DNA of 64,000 nucleotides from Alphaproteobacteria bacterium (GTDB lineage Bacteria; Pseudomonadota; Alphaproteobacteria; Rs-D84): NCBI GenBank assembly GCA_017520675.1, contig JAFXFG010000031.1, positions 574 to 64,573 of the forward strand, read 5' to 3'. Shown piece by piece: positions 55,455 to 64,000 of this stretch (position 1 is its first letter; each line of letters starts with the position of its first letter). The notes under the pieces were generated by a model. It saw only the letters and a program-made list of their open reading frames with translations, ran no database searches and was not told where the DNA came from. The position numbers and the translations under genes were made by a program.

Positions 55455-57143
55455 TTACTTATCAGTATCTTTATTAAGACCAATTGTGTTTTTTATCGGG
55501 TCAACGATGCTTTCTTTGGCGCTGTCCAGTGTACGGATTAGGGCGCGTCTGATTTTACCGCTGATTGTCATTGGTAGTGTATCAACAAATTCAATAACAC
55601 GCGGGCATTTATAGTGCGCTGTGTGTGATTTTACATGGTCTTGGATTTGTCGAACAAGTGCATCTGTTGGTTGAAAGTATTTGTTTAAAACAATTGTTGC
55701 CTTGACCGCCATACCACGTGATTTGTCTGGGATTCCTGTAACTGCAACTTCGCGGACAGATGGGTGTTCCATTAGAACACTCTCAACTTCGAATGGGCTG
55801 ACGCGATAACCACTTGTCTTTATCAGGTCGTCATTGCGACCAACAAACCAATAATAGCCATCGCAATCGCGGTATGCCATATCGCCTGTGTGATAATAGC
55901 CGTCGCGATTTACATTGGATGTTTGCTTTTCGTTCTTGTGATAGCCTTGGAATAATCCGATTGGTTTGTTGTCCTTGATTGATACGCAAATTTCGCCAAC
56001 TGTGTTGTGTCCTGTTATTGGACGACCGCGTTCGTCAAGTAATGATATGTTCCAACCCGCCGCAGGCATACCCATCGCGCCAGGTTTAGGTGCAATCCAT
56101 TCGTTGTTAAATAGCATAACGCAGGTTTCTGTTTGACCAAATCCTTCGTGTAGTTTTACACCAGTGTTTTCTAGAAATCTTTCGTACACTTCGGGGTTAA
56201 GTGCTTCGCCTGCAACATCGGCTTTGCGTAACGATGACAGGTCGTATTTTGACATATTTGCGTTTATTATCATTTTGTATGCTGTTGGTGGGGCACAAAA
56301 TGATGTGATTTTGTGTATTGAAATTGCTGATAATAAATCATGTGCCGTAAAAACACGACTGAAATCAAATATAAATACTGTGGCACCAGCCAACCATTGA
56401 CCATACATCTTGCCCCAAGAGCATTTTGCCCAGCCGGATTCTGATAGGGTAAAGTGTATGTCATTGTCATTTAGCCTTTGCCAGAAAACAGCAGTGTTTA
56501 TGTGCCCCAGTGGGTATGTAAAGTTGTGTGCGACCATCTTTGGGTTGTCGGTTGTGCCACTGGTAAAATATACAACCATTGTGTCTGTGTTCTGGTTTGG
56601 AATGCGTTCAAATTTTGTTGGGTATTCTGTACAGGCGCGCGTGATTTCAGAACAGTCTATGATTTGTACTGCGTTTGTTTCACTAATTGCGTCTTTTATT
56701 TCATTCATAATTATGCCATCGTCAAATGCGATAATTGTATGTGTGTCAGATACCTGTATTCTGTACTTAATATCTTCGCTTTTTAGTTGGTTCGTTGATG
56801 GAATTGGTATCGCGCCCAGTTTGTGCATTGCCATCATTAATACCCAATATTCCCAGCGACGACGCAAAAATAGCAGAACTGTGTCGCCAGTTTTTATGCC
56901 GCGTGTGGATAAAAAATTAGCAACCGAATTAGACATTTGTGATAATTGTTTGAAAGATATGGTTTTTTTGTCGCCAGTATCGTTAATCCACATAATTGCA
57001 ATCTTGTCAGGTGTTTCAGATGCGATAACATCGATTACATCGTATGCAAAATTAAAGTTTTCTGGTACTGTTGGAATGGCGTTCTTTATGTAATCTTCAT
57101 AGTTATCAAATTTGTCTTTGGTTAGAAAGCGGGTTGCAAACAT
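55455..57143 (-). CDS. AMP-forming acyl-CoA synthetase / fatty-acid-CoA ligase family
   Basis: AMP-binding motif YFTSGTTDNPKMV and the GYHK/GD..Y.D..GY...GR.DD core. Confidence 0.8.
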   Translation of the reverse strand: MFATRFLTKDKFDNYEDYIKNAIPTVPENFNFAYDVIDVIASETPDKIAIMWINDTGDKKTISFKQLSQMSNSVANFLSTRGIKTGDTVLLFLRRRWEYWVLMMAMHKLGAIPIPSTNQLKSEDIKYRIQVSDTHTIIAFDDGIIMNEIKDAISETNAVQIIDCSEITRACTEYPTKFERIPNQNTDTMVVYFTSGTTDNPKMVAHNFTYPLGHINTAVFWQRLNDNDIHFTLSESGWAKCSWGKMYGQWLAGATVFIFDFSRVFTAHDLLSAISIHKITSFCAPPTAYKMIINANMSKYDLSSLRKADVAGEALNPEVYERFLENTGVKLHEGFGQTETCVMLFNNEWIAPKPGAMGMPAAGWNISLLDERGRPITGHNTVGEICVSIKDNKPIGLFQGYHKNEKQTSNVNRDGYYHTGDMAYRDCDGYYWFVGRNDDLIKTSGYRVSPFEVESVLMEHPSVREVAVTGIPDKSRGMAVKATIVLNKYFQPTDALVRQIQDHVKSHTAHYKCPRVIEFVDTLPMTISGKIRRALIRTLDSAKESIVDPIKNTIGLNKDTDK

Positions 57144-57268
57144 ATATAATCCTTAGGTTTTGTGTATGAATTAAATATGGGGCAGGGGTGGCGTATTTTC
57201 AAGTTAAAATTTAAATAAATTTAATTGATTTTTTATGTGTAAAGTTGCATAATCGCACACAAGAATTA

Positions 57269-57345
<77 letters not shown>

Positions 57346-57459
57346 TGAAATACAAACCGCTTGTAAAAAGTGGTTTTTCTGTTGTGTTCTAATACTTACA
57401 CAGAGTTTGAATGTTAAGAATAAAAAGTGGCAAAAAATACCACTGTTGAACTTTTGTTA

Positions 57460-58248
57460 TTATTTCTCATGAATATTATAAAATTGCTCTATCAATTGTA
57501 ATATATCTTTATCCATATATTTTTTTGCTTTTGTTATTATATTTTTGGGAATGTTAAATCTTAATTCTGCCAGACCACCAGCCATACACGCCAAAGTATC
57601 ACTGTCGCCACCTAATGATACAGCGTTTCTAATGGTATCTTCATAAGAATCTGCATTCAATGCGCAAATAATTGCCTGGGGTACAGAATTTTTACATTGT
57701 ACATAAAAGCGATTATAATTTGGTCTGATTTCATCTAAACTTTGATGTAAATTATATTGATATTTATTGCTTATTGTTTCTTTTATTTGTTTTATTGGAA
57801 TTAAATTTTGAATCATAAAACCTGTCTCTAAATAGGCATGGACTGCGTTTAAACTTTCTGGATGATTATGTGTGATTTTTGTAATTTCGTCTGTTTTTTT
57901 TAATAAAGATTTCAGGTCTTGCTTTGTGTGAAAAAGTGGGCTTATACGCATAACGCATCCATTAGAGCTGGAATTTACAGAAATACCTGTGTTAACCCAT
58001 TGTGAAAATCCTTTGCCAAAAGCGGCGATTTTACCATTTTCGTAAGTACGATTTTGGTATTTTAAGCCCCACTTACGTAATGTTTCTTTGATTGGTTGTT
58101 TTGATATTAAATGTTCGGCAACCGCACAAGTTAAAATAGTGTCGTCTGTGAAACAGCATGATTCATCAAATAATGAAAAATCCTTGGTTTTTATGTTATG
58201 AAATTCAAAACGAGAACCAATTATATCACCAATAATAGAACCAAGCAT
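57460..58248 (-). CDS. ADP-ribosylglycohydrolase (DraG/ARH family)
   Basis: MLGSIIGDIIGSRFEF N-terminus, DDT..T and a C-terminal GGDSDTLACMAGGLAE metal-binding motif. Confidence 0.75.
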   Translation of the reverse strand: MLGSIIGDIIGSRFEFHNIKTKDFSLFDESCCFTDDTILTCAVAEHLISKQPIKETLRKWGLKYQNRTYENGKIAAFGKGFSQWVNTGISVNSSSNGCVMRISPLFHTKQDLKSLLKKTDEITKITHNHPESLNAVHAYLETGFMIQNLIPIKQIKETISNKYQYNLHQSLDEIRPNYNRFYVQCKNSVPQAIICALNADSYEDTIRNAVSLGGDSDTLACMAGGLAELRFNIPKNIITKAKKYMDKDILQLIEQFYNIHEK

Positions 58249-58383
58249 TTTGGACTCCTAAATATTATATGGTTATTATATACACATTATGAAAAAGTTA
58301 AAATTTTTTTTAATTAATATCGGTTCTAGAATTGCTAATCAAGTGCTGCCAGATAAAAGAAACCGCCGAATGGCGGTTGTTTT

Positions 58384-58878
58384 TTATTTTTGATTTTGTG
58401 TGGCTTGTTTAAAAATCTTTTTGCGCAATGCCAATTGATGTTCAAAATCACGACGGCTGGCGTGATTTAAGTGAGATTTAAAGTCCTGTTCGTATCCATC
58501 AAAAAGATACACCATATTTGGGTAAACTTGAACGACAGGTTTGCCAGTGTATTTGTCCAGATATTCAATTATTGTTGTTGATAATTTTTCGCCCATTATT
58601 TCGCGAAACCTAGGATAATCGCGTGCCATTTCCGTAGCAGCAGGATTTGGAAATTGTTTGCAACGTATCCAACTGCCGTCTGTTGACAATTGTTTTCCGT
58701 TTTCTGTTGCTAGTCCCAATGGGGTTTCTTGGCACATTACAAACAAGTGCGTTGGTGCAAAACTAGAAAAAACAACTGTATATGTGTTCTTTTTCTTTTT
58801 GCTGATGTGGTCCGCGGGTATTTTGTCGCGCATCAAATCGGCAGTTTGCTTGTTTTTCTTTGGGTTAAATATATTCAT
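58384..58878 (-). CDS. Hypothetical protein upstream of the ADP-ribosylglycohydrolase gene
   Basis: 164-aa ORF with no recognised domain. Followed by a hairpin terminator AACCGCCGAATGGCGGTT at 58361-58378. Confidence 0.4.
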   Translation of the reverse strand: MNIFNPKKNKQTADLMRDKIPADHISKKKKNTYTVVFSSFAPTHLFVMCQETPLGLATENGKQLSTDGSWIRCKQFPNPAATEMARDYPRFREIMGEKLSTTIIEYLDKYTGKPVVQVYPNMVYLFDGYEQDFKSHLNHASRRDFEHQLALRKKIFKQATQNQK

Positions 58879-58946
58879 AATAGTTGTCCTTTTGTAAGTT
58901 TTTGTTTACTATAATATTAGTACAAAAAACCAAAAAGTCAACAGTT

Positions 58947-60926
58947 TTATACGAATAAATCTTTAACAAATTGTGCGTGTTCGGTGATGAATTTGAATCT
59001 AAACTCTGGTTTTTTACCCATCAATTCCGATACAATTGTGCGTGTTTTTTCTGTATCTTCCGCGCCTTCTTCGGTGCGTGGGGGCAGGTCAACACGTATC
59101 AAGCGACGGGTCTTGGGCGACATGGTTGTTTCTTTTAATTGATTTGGCATCATTTCACCCAGCCCTTTGAATCGTGATATTTCAACACGTTTGTTTTTGT
59201 ATTTTGTTGTTTTTAGATTTTCAAGTTCTTCGTCTGTATCAACATAAATAGATTCGGTTCCACAGGTCAATTTATATAGCGGGGGACAAGATAAATACAG
59301 GTGTCCACCATAAATTAACTGGGGCATATATTGATAGAAAAAGGCCATTAATAATGATGCGATATGGCTGCCGTCTACGTCGGCATCGGTCATAACGATA
59401 ATTTTTTCATAACGCAATTTGTCTTCGTTCCAGTCCTTGGCAGTGCCGGCGCCAATAATATCAATCAGGTCATTTAGTTCTTTGTTCGCGCCAAAACGTT
59501 CGTCAGAATTAGATACTACGTTCAAAACCTTGCCACGTAATGGCATAATCGCCTGGGTTGCGCGGTCGCGTGCCTGTTTTGCGGTGCCACCAGCGGATTC
59601 CCCCTCTACAATAAATAATTCTGTGCCAGCAATTCCATGCTTAGAGCAGTCGGCAAGTTTTGCAGGCATACGAATGCGTTTGGTTGGGGTTTTGCGTGCA
59701 ACATCTTTGACCTGTTTAGTCTTGATGCGCGCGTTCGCAAGATTGATTACAAAATCTAGTAATGCGTTTGCTGTTTTGGGATCTGATGCTAAAAACATTT
59801 CCCATGGGTCGCGCAGGGCGTTTTCTGTATAACGTGCAATTTCTGGATTAGATAATTTTTCCTTGGTCTGACCCAGGAATTGTGGTGTTTTGTAGAAAAC
59901 AGATACAATGGCTGCAACAGAATCAAATACATCTTCGCCGATGATTGTTGTAGCGGATTTGTTGTTGACTTTTTCACCATATGCTTTGATTCCTTTGGTG
60001 ATTGCGGTCTTGAAACCAGTTTCGTGCGTGCCACCGTCAATAGTTGCAATCGTGTTGCAATATGATGAAAAGAAACCATCGTCAGATGCTGCGCCATTTT
60101 CATCAGTTAAAAATGTTAATGCCCATTCAACACGACCGCAATCGTCTGGAAAATCAACACTGCCACTGAAAATGCGCGGTAAAATGCGTGGTTTGTCATC
60201 TGTCTTTTCTGCCAAGAAATCTGCAATACCATTTGGATAATAGAATGTGGTATTGTCTGGGATGTTCATATCTTCGGTTAATAATTCAGGATTACAGTGC
60301 CAGTCAATCTTTACACCGCGTGATAAAAATGCCTTGGCGCGTGCCATGCGATAAATCTTGATTGGTTTAAATGTTGCAGATGTGCCAAAAATTTCATCAT
60401 CAATGGTAAATCTTATCTTTGTGCCATGTGATTTGGTCGGCTCGCCACGTTGCATAGGTGATGTGGTCTTGCCACGCGAAAATGTTTGATGCCAATTATA
60501 ACCGTCACGTGAAATGTCAACAATCATTTCAGATGATAGGGCGTTCACAACAGCAGAACCAACACCATGTAATCCACCACTGGTTTTATATACATTGTTG
60601 TTAAATTTACCACCAGAATGAAGCGTTGTTAAAATTACTTCTAGGGCAGATTTGCCAGGGTATTTTGGATGCTCATCAACCGGAATGCCACGACCATCAT
60701 CTGTGATTTCAATGGTTTTTGAGTCAATTAGATTAACTGTTATTTTCTTGGCAAAGCCGGCGACAGCTTCGTCAATAGAATTGTCCATTATTTCAATTGG
60801 CAAATGATGCCATGCCTTTTCATCTGTGCCACCAATATACATCCCAGGACGTAAGCGTACAGGTTCCAGTCCTTCTAGTACTTGGATGTCAGACGCGTCA
60901 TAAGTGTGTGTGTTATTTTCTGTCAT
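58947..60926 (-). CDS. parE: DNA topoisomerase IV subunit B (ParE; GyrB-family, ~660 aa)
   Basis: GHKL ATPase (GLHGVG), a TOPRIM domain (EGDSAGG; D.DG.H) and ParE-like length. Confidence 0.8.
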   Translation of the reverse strand: MTENNTHTYDASDIQVLEGLEPVRLRPGMYIGGTDEKAWHHLPIEIMDNSIDEAVAGFAKKITVNLIDSKTIEITDDGRGIPVDEHPKYPGKSALEVILTTLHSGGKFNNNVYKTSGGLHGVGSAVVNALSSEMIVDISRDGYNWHQTFSRGKTTSPMQRGEPTKSHGTKIRFTIDDEIFGTSATFKPIKIYRMARAKAFLSRGVKIDWHCNPELLTEDMNIPDNTTFYYPNGIADFLAEKTDDKPRILPRIFSGSVDFPDDCGRVEWALTFLTDENGAASDDGFFSSYCNTIATIDGGTHETGFKTAITKGIKAYGEKVNNKSATTIIGEDVFDSVAAIVSVFYKTPQFLGQTKEKLSNPEIARYTENALRDPWEMFLASDPKTANALLDFVINLANARIKTKQVKDVARKTPTKRIRMPAKLADCSKHGIAGTELFIVEGESAGGTAKQARDRATQAIMPLRGKVLNVVSNSDERFGANKELNDLIDIIGAGTAKDWNEDKLRYEKIIVMTDADVDGSHIASLLMAFFYQYMPQLIYGGHLYLSCPPLYKLTCGTESIYVDTDEELENLKTTKYKNKRVEISRFKGLGEMMPNQLKETTMSPKTRRLIRVDLPPRTEEGAEDTEKTRTIVSELMGKKPEFRFKFITEHAQFVKDLFV

Positions 60927-61059
60927 GATGTATTATTATTATAACATTTTTAAAATTTTGGCAAGCCCAAAGAATTTACCCCTAAATACTAATTCTGGAC
61001 TTGAATTTTTCTAAATGGGGCTTATATATTGTTTAACAATTAAATACACGAGTGTAAAA

Positions 61060-62190
61060 ATGAATAAAAATCCTTATGAAGTTCTGGGTATCGCACGCGA
61101 TGCGTCCGATGCCGATATAAAAAAAGCATACCATAAATTGGTAATGAAATATCATCCTGATAGAAATCCTGATGATAAAAACGCAGAAGAAAAATTTAAA
61201 GAAGTTAATAATGCGTTTGATATCTTGAAAGATCCGCAAAAGCGTGCGGCCTATGACAGGTTTGGCGATGCGGCGTTTGCAGGTGGAAATGCATCAGGTG
61301 CGGGATTTGGTGGAAATCCATTTGGAAATGGGGGCTTTCATTTCAATATGGGGGGCGGCGCAGGTATGGAAGATATATTGCGCGAGGCTATGCGTGGTTT
61401 CGGTTTCGGTGATTTTGGGGCGGAATCTGCACATCGTAGCGCAGCACAGCGGGGTGGACGCGACTTGCTGGATGAGGTTGTGATTGATTTGAAAGATGCT
61501 TTCTTTGGAAAGACTCATACGGTGAAATTTTCAAGTAATGTTCAATGTGAAAAGTGTCATGGTAATGGAACAAGGGATGGAAAACCTGCGCCAGTGTGTA
61601 CACGTTGTGGGGGCAGTGGCTTTGTTCAGACCAGACAGGGATTCTTTGCGATGGAGGCCCCATGTCCAGAGTGTGGGGGATTGGGACACAAGATAACCGA
61701 TAAGTGCTCTGATTGTGATGGAACAGGAACAGTTCATAAGCAACGTACATTGGATGTAAAAATCCCAGCGGGTGTTGAGGATGGTACGCGTTTGCGTCTG
61801 GCAGGACAGGGGGAGGCAGGTACAAATGGGGGACCGGCAGGTGATTTCTATTTGGATATTCGTGTTCGTCCAGATAAACGTTTCGTTAGAAATGGTAATG
61901 ACTTGATTATGCGTACAGAGATACCATTTGCGACACTTGCGTTGGGCGGTGAAATAGAAGTTGAAACAATTGATGATAAGCACTTGGCGGTAAAAGTTCC
62001 TGCGGGGACTCAGGTTGGTGAAAAGTTGCGGGTGCGTGGGCATGGTATGCCGTCTGCACGCAGAAGTGGTTCGTTCGGGGATTTGTATATAGATGTTGCA
62101 ATTAATATCCCAACTAAATTAAATGATAAACAAAAGAAACTGCTAAGTGAGTTTGCAGAAATAAAATCTGATAAAAAAAGTTGGTTCTAG
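61060..62190 (+). CDS. dnaJ: Chaperone DnaJ
   Basis: J-domain with HPD (YHPDRNP), a G/F region and four CxxCxGxG zinc repeats. Confidence 0.9.
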   Translation: MNKNPYEVLGIARDASDADIKKAYHKLVMKYHPDRNPDDKNAEEKFKEVNNAFDILKDPQKRAAYDRFGDAAFAGGNASGAGFGGNPFGNGGFHFNMGGGAGMEDILREAMRGFGFGDFGAESAHRSAAQRGGRDLLDEVVIDLKDAFFGKTHTVKFSSNVQCEKCHGNGTRDGKPAPVCTRCGGSGFVQTRQGFFAMEAPCPECGGLGHKITDKCSDCDGTGTVHKQRTLDVKIPAGVEDGTRLRLAGQGEAGTNGGPAGDFYLDIRVRPDKRFVRNGNDLIMRTEIPFATLALGGEIEVETIDDKHLAVKVPAGTQVGEKLRVRGHGMPSARRSGSFGDLYIDVAINIPTKLNDKQKKLLSEFAEIKSDKKSWF

Positions 62191-62197
62191 TAAAAAA

Positions 62198-62226
62198 TAA
62201 AAACCGCCGATGTGGCGGTTTTTATG
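62198..62226 (+). terminator. Rho-independent terminator followed by the conserved TTATGCGTATAGAAC motif
   Basis: AACCGCCGATGTGGCGGTT followed by TTTAT. Confidence 0.7.
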
Positions 62227-62241
62227 CGTATAGAACAAATT

Positions 62242-62841
62242 TTAGTTTAACTTTTTTAAATGTCCTGCAAAGGTTATTGTGTATTGGGTTGCAGACCAGA
62301 TTGATGCAACTAATGATAACCATGTCCCCCAGATACCAATCGTTGGTAATACTGATAATAAGAACATATATAGACGGCTGTTGCTTTCGGGGCTAAGCGT
62401 TGTGCCAACTGCAAATAATAGGAAAAATGCGGCAATTGATATCATTTGGAGTGTTGTTTTTATCTTGCCCATTGAAAAGCGGGCCTTGGGAACAGGCATT
62501 TCTATTTTTTGTGTTCCAAGGAATTCGCGTAGTCCAGAAATGTATAGTTCGCGTGCAGTCATTAATATTATTGGAATAATGATAAACCATACTGGCATCA
62601 TTATTGCCAGCATAAGCATAGAATTTACAACAAGTAATTTGTCGCCAATGTGGTCCATTACACTGCCTAATTTTGAACAGGCATTGTATTTGCGGGCAAG
62701 GTATCCGTCAAACCAATCAGAAATCGCACCAAGTGTATATAATACAAATGTCAGCCAGTATAATTGGTATAATAATGTTAGAATAATAGCAAAAGCAGTA
62801 AAAATGCGAAATGCTGATAGAAAATTAACAAAAAATTTCAT
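62242..62841 (-). CDS. pgsA: CDP-diacylglycerol--glycerol-3-phosphate 3-phosphatidyltransferase (CDP-alcohol phosphatidyltransferase family)
   Basis: DG..AR......GS..D...D signature (DWFDGYLARKYNACSKLGSVMDHIGDK). Confidence 0.8.
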   Translation of the reverse strand: MKFFVNFLSAFRIFTAFAIILTLLYQLYWLTFVLYTLGAISDWFDGYLARKYNACSKLGSVMDHIGDKLLVVNSMLMLAIMMPVWFIIIPIILMTARELYISGLREFLGTQKIEMPVPKARFSMGKIKTTLQMISIAAFFLLFAVGTTLSPESNSRLYMFLLSVLPTIGIWGTWLSLVASIWSATQYTITFAGHLKKLN

Positions 62842-62871
62842 GGTTTCTCCTTTTCGTTTTTATGTGTAGTA

Positions 62872-64000
62872 TTATATCACTTCTTGATGAAAATATGCAT
62901 ATATTTTTTTTGCGGTTGTTTTCCCAAGGTCTGGTACATGTAAAAGTGCGTTTAAGTCGGCATCCATTATGGCGCGAACAGAACCAAAATGTTGTATAAG
63001 TGCACGCTTTCTGTTTGGCCCAATTCCTTCGATTTCGTCAAGGATAGAAGCAGTCATTTGTTTCGCGCGAACTGCACGATGGTATGTTATGACAAAGCGA
63101 TGTGCTTCGTCGCGAACGGCGCGTAATAATAAAAATAAGGGGCTGTCCTTGGGTAGGTCGCGTGAAAATGTGCCGTCAGGTAGGATAAAATGTTCGTCGC
63201 CATCACGTACTTCGCCTTTGGTTACGCCAAGAATAGGTGTGTTTGGGGCCGCGCGTTTCGCAATTCGCCATTGTGCAATGCCACCGTCAACAATTATTAG
63301 GTCAAGTTTGGGACCACGCGTGGTTGCGCGTTTTACAAATTCAGACATCATTGCAATATCGTTTCCTGCACGTGATTTGTCTTGAAGTTTGAAATGTCTG
63401 TATCCTGATTTCTCAAAGCCGTTGTGGTTAAATGTTATCATTGCACCAACAGGTTGTTTGCCAAATAGGTGTGAGTTATCAAAAACACCTGCAAGATTTA
63501 TTTTTAGATTCAACCAATCTTCAAGTGTTGATACATTTTTATCCCAGTCTAAATTTTGTGTGTACGGTGATTTTCGCTGTATACCGCGATTTGATGTTTG
63601 GGTTAATGCGATAATTTTATCACGTGTTGCGGCGGCTGATTCAAAGTCCATTTTTGCGGATTGTTCTTGCATCTGTTTGTTTAAATCGCTGATTATTGGT
63701 TCGCTGTCGCCAGTTAGTATTTTTCGCGCTATACGCACGCTTTCTGCATATTTTTGTTTGTCTGGTATGCAACATGGCGCACTGCAACGACCGATTTGGT
63801 GTAATAGGCATGGTCGTGAACGGTTGCGCATTTGTGTGTCTGTGCAGGTTCTGATTTGGCAGACTTTTTGTATCGTTTTGATTGTTTCGTTTAATGCGCT
63901 TACTGATGGGTACGGACCGTATACATCGCGACGCTGTGAAATTTTTCCGCGAAATTTTAACAGGCGCGGATAGTCGCCGGCGGTTAATGCCAACATTGGA
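62872..64000 (-). CDS. uvrC: Excinuclease ABC subunit C; 3' portion (the N-terminal GIY-YIG part lies beyond the window end)
   Basis: UvrC Cys-rich, UvrBC-interaction, RNaseH-like endonuclease and HhH regions (ILDEIEGIGPNRKRALIQHFGSVRAI). The ORF is open at the window edge. Confidence 0.8.
   Translation of the reverse strand, partial: PMLALTAGDYPRLLKFRGKISQRRDVYGPYPSVSALNETIKTIQKVCQIRTCTDTQMRNRSRPCLLHQIGRCSAPCCIPDKQKYAESVRIARKILTGDSEPIISDLNKQMQEQSAKMDFESAAATRDKIIALTQTSNRGIQRKSPYTQNLDWDKNVSTLEDWLNLKINLAGVFDNSHLFGKQPVGAMITFNHNGFEKSGYRHFKLQDKSRAGNDIAMMSEFVKRATTRGPKLDLIIVDGGIAQWRIAKRAAPNTPILGVTKGEVRDGDEHFILPDGTFSRDLPKDSPLFLLLRAVRDEAHRFVITYHRAVRAKQMTASILDEIEGIGPNRKRALIQHFGSVRAIMDADLNALLHVPDLGKTTAKKIYAYFHQEVI

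Noticed and set aside
58384-58878. 164-aa protein as an ADP-ribosyltransferase toxin paired with the ARH gene
   Set aside because: I could not find an R-S-E, H-Y-E or other ART catalytic motif by eye. The idea is kept only as a speculative check in findings.

Overview
This is a densely coding window of about 38-40% GC (estimated by eye) that looks like a compact alphaproteobacterial chromosome segment around dnaA, possibly from an obligate intracellular Rickettsiales/Holosporales-like organism. That guess rests on a MucR/Ros regulator, a Cys-less DksA, an alpha-type non-discriminating GluRS and the gatCAB set. Several genes start with TTG, operons are tightly coupled, and many rho-independent terminators are visible.

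Housekeeping genes identified (plus a few conserved hypotheticals):
- rarA (5' fragment)
- ybeY fused to lnt
- trmB
- a GNAT acetyltransferase
- gltX
- hemolysin III family protein
- dksA
- trxA
- sufS-sufT-sufE
- ftsL-ftsI
- recJ
- nrnA-like DHH phosphoesterase
- lolA
- tatA/B and tatC
- an M23/LysM lipoprotein
- an FMN 2-hydroxy-acid oxidase
- miaB
- gatB, gatA, gatC
- ruvX
- an AI-2E family transporter
- sufC, sufB/D
- lemA
- rpsT
- plsY
- dprA
- dnaA
- an acyl-CoA synthetase
- a DraG-like ADP-ribosylglycohydrolase
- parE
- dnaJ
- pgsA
- uvrC (partial)
- three tRNAs: Lys-CTT, Phe-GAA, Pro-CGG

Candidate accessory or novel content:
1. A translationally coupled five-gene operon of unknown function at 4380-6469. 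It encodes a membrane protein, three small proteins (one with a possible SUKH-like N-terminus) and an RHH_4 protein.
2. A two-gene secreted cassette at 22768-25008, encoding a coiled-coil Ala/Thr-rich protein and an S1 trypsin-like protease. It is bracketed by ~100-bp direct repeats copied from the 3' end of the neighbouring oxidase gene and lies next to tRNA-Lys.
3. An orphan three-gene operon at 40751-43993 encoding a TcpQ-like periplasmic protein, a lipoprotein secretin and a small secreted protein. No pilus or secretion ATPase is nearby.
4. A 1080-aa Cys-rich secreted protein, with a short paralog that keeps only its N- and C-terminal modules. Two outer-membrane beta-barrel genes sit beside it.
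5. A family of ~43-bp palindromic repeats with an ATTCCC-N8-GGGAAT-type core. They form a tandem array and inverted copies that bracket a small GIY-YIG nuclease gene just downstream of dnaA.
6. A GH24 phage-type lysozyme-TPR protein encoded immediately downstream of a MucR-like gene whose zinc finger is degenerate.
7. Tandem Cys-rich paralogs after the hemolysin III gene.
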